60,679 bases of DNA. Source: Solirubrobacteraceae bacterium. Its GTDB lineage: Bacteria; Actinomycetota; Thermoleophilia; Solirubrobacterales; Solirubrobacteraceae. The stretch lies in assembly GCA_034665245.1 (NCBI GenBank), contig JAXDGC010000237.1, positions 1 to 60,679 of the forward strand, given 5' to 3'. A program made the position numbers and the translations under genes. This document shows, in pieces, positions 59,407 through 60,679 of this stretch. The number at the start of each line of letters is the position of its first letter. The first letter of the stretch is position 1. The notes under the pieces were generated by a model that had not been told where the DNA came from, did no database searches, and worked only from the letters and a program-made list of their open reading frames with translations.

Positions 59407-60679
59407 GTGCGCATCCTGATCTTCCACGGCTACCTGCTCGGCGGCACCGGCTCCAACGTCTACAACGCGCGGTTGGCGGCGGCGCTCGTGCGGGCCGGTC
59501 ACGAGGTGCACCTGATCTGCCAGGACCGCGAGCCCTTGGAGCAGGCGTGGGTCGACGCCGCCGGGGACTGGGACGGCGGCGAGCTGTCGCTGACCACGCG
59601 TGCCGAGCCCGCGCACGCCACCGTCTACCGCCCCGACCTCGGCGGCCTCCTGCCCGTCTATGTCCCGGACCGCTACGACGGGATCGAGGCGCGCCCGTTC
59701 CCCGACCTCTCCGACGCCGAGCTCGACCGCTATCTGGATCGCAACGTCGCCGCGGTGCGCGAGGTCGCAGAGCGCGTGCGGCCCGACCTCGCGCTCGCCA
59801 ACCACCTCGTGATGGGGCCGGTCGTGCTGGCGCGCGGGCTGGCGGGCCTCGACGTGCCCTACGCCGCGAAGATCCACGGCTCGGCGCTCGAGTACACGGT
59901 CAAGCCGCACCCGCGCTTCCTCCCCTACGCGCGCGAGGGCCTGGCGGGGGCCCGCGGAGTGCTGGTGGGCTCGCGCCACACGGCCGAGAGCCTGTGGGCG
60001 GCGATGGACGACCCCGAGCTCGAGCGCCGGACCCGGCTCGGGCCGCCCGGCGTCGACATCGAGCAGTTCGGGCCACGCGAGCCCGCGGCGGCGCGAGCCG
60101 GCCTCGGCACCCTCGTCGACCGCGTCCGCTCCGCGCGCGCGGGCACCGAGGGATCCTCCTTCGCGCGCGACCCGGCGGCCGCCGCCGACGCGCTGGCGGG
60201 CCTCGACCCCGAGCGCGACCGCCTCGTCGTCTTCGTGGGCAAGCTGATCGCCTCCAAGGGCATGGAGCTGCTGCTCGCCGCCTGGCCGCTCGTGCTCGCC
60301 CGCGTGCCCGACGCGCGGCTCGTCGTGGTGGGGTTCGGCGGCTTCCGCGAGGGGCTGGAGCAGCTCGCGGCCGACCTCGCCCGCGGCGACCTCGCGGCGG
60401 CGCGGGCGACACAGGGGGAGCACGGCGAGCCGCTCGAGCTCCTGCAGGCGTTCCTGGACGGCCTGGGGGACGCCGAGGCGGGGGAGTACGCCGAGTCCGC
60501 CGCCGCCCTGCCCGCGCGCGTGACCTGGGTCGGGCGGCTCGAGCACGACGAGCTGGCCGACCTGCTCCCCGCCGCGGAGGCGCTGGTCGTGCCCAGCACC
60601 TTCCCCGAGGCGTTCGGCATGGTCGCGGCCGAGGCGGCGGCCGCCGGGGCACTGCCCGTCGTGGCGCGCCCCGCGGGCC
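59407..60679 (+). CDS. glycosyltransferase family 4 (GT-B), 3' end outside window
   Basis: Not in the ORF track because it has a GTG start and no stop in the window. An in-frame TAG at 59395-59397 precedes the first start, GTG 59407. Translation: VRILIFHGYLLGGTGSNVYNARLAAALVRAGHEVHLICQD...LVVFVGKLIASKGMELLL...LVVPSTFPEAFGMVAAEAAAAGALPVV (the E-x7-E region). Confidence 0.8.
   Translation, partial: MRILIFHGYLLGGTGSNVYNARLAAALVRAGHEVHLICQDREPLEQAWVDAAGDWDGGELSLTTRAEPAHATVYRPDLGGLLPVYVPDRYDGIEARPFPDLSDAELDRYLDRNVAAVREVAERVRPDLALANHLVMGPVVLARGLAGLDVPYAAKIHGSALEYTVKPHPRFLPYAREGLAGARGVLVGSRHTAESLWAAMDDPELERRTRLGPPGVDIEQFGPREPAAARAGLGTLVDRVRSARAGTEGSSFARDPAAAADALAGLDPERDRLVVFVGKLIASKGMELLLAAWPLVLARVPDARLVVVGFGGFREGLEQLAADLARGDLAAARATQGEHGEPLELLQAFLDGLGDAEAGEYAESAAALPARVTWVGRLEHDELADLLPAAEALVVPSTFPEAFGMVAAEAAAAGALPVVARPAG

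Noticed and set aside
59356-60546. The upstream 1.2 kb of the 484-aa minus-strand ORF 59092-60546.
   Set aside because: Only the last 264 nt (59092-59355) encode a plausible small protein. The remainder is antisense to a clear GT4 glycosyltransferase frame (GTG 59407 onward) that the ORF track missed because it runs off the window.

Overview
High-GC, actinobacterial-type chromosome segment with frequent GTG/TTG starts and many 4-nt start/stop overlaps. All calls come from reading the sequence and ORF track by eye, with no searches run. Domain boundaries are approximate and family names rest on recognised motifs.

Layout:
- Left edge: the 3' end of glmS.
- About 50.7-58 kb: a housekeeping block of acpS, nnr, a CBS protein, alr, cca, an M28 peptidase, a HIT protein and cspA. 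Small secreted or lipoprotein genes and a partial GT4 gene follow to the right edge.
- Between the two: a ~49-kb cell-surface glycan island.

Island biosynthesis genes:
- Nucleotide-sugar enzymes: WecB-type 2-epimerase, two Gfo/Idh/MocA oxidoreductases, a UDP-HexNAc 6-dehydrogenase, a DegT aminotransferase, a sugar-1-P nucleotidyltransferase and two AsnB-type amidotransferases.
- Assembly genes: a WbaP/PglC-type initiating phosphoglycosyltransferase, three GT2, two GT4, an acyltransferase-3, a Wzx-like flippase, a Wzy/O-antigen-ligase-like protein and a PCP.
- A DPM1/GtrB-like GT2 with an overlapping FAD oxidoreductase.
- A MurJ-like flippase with an overlapping GT-C glycosyltransferase.

Island exoproteins: seven secreted or lipoprotein genes carry 7 right-handed beta-helix domains (two shuffled paralogous types), 5 LamG, 6 PKD and 2 DNRLRE-like domains, joined by long Pro-Thr linkers.

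Island regulation: an ECF-type sigma gene is translationally coupled to the biosynthetic operon. It is preceded by two atypical receiver proteins and two small ORFs. A NarL-type response regulator and a cytoplasmic PAS histidine kinase flank one exoprotein gene.

Most interesting observations:
- Modular shuffling and a gene-conversion tract among the beta-helix genes.
- A codon-usage break inside one of them.
- A conserved leader with GGTCCAA boxes and a (GGGCA)4 tract.
- A tandem pair of covarying hairpins upstream of the third beta-helix gene.
- A possible dedicated lipid-linked extracytoplasmic glycosylation module for the PT linkers.
- The sigma/receiver/micro-ORF module.

No rRNA, tRNA, CRISPR array or transposase/integrase gene was seen.
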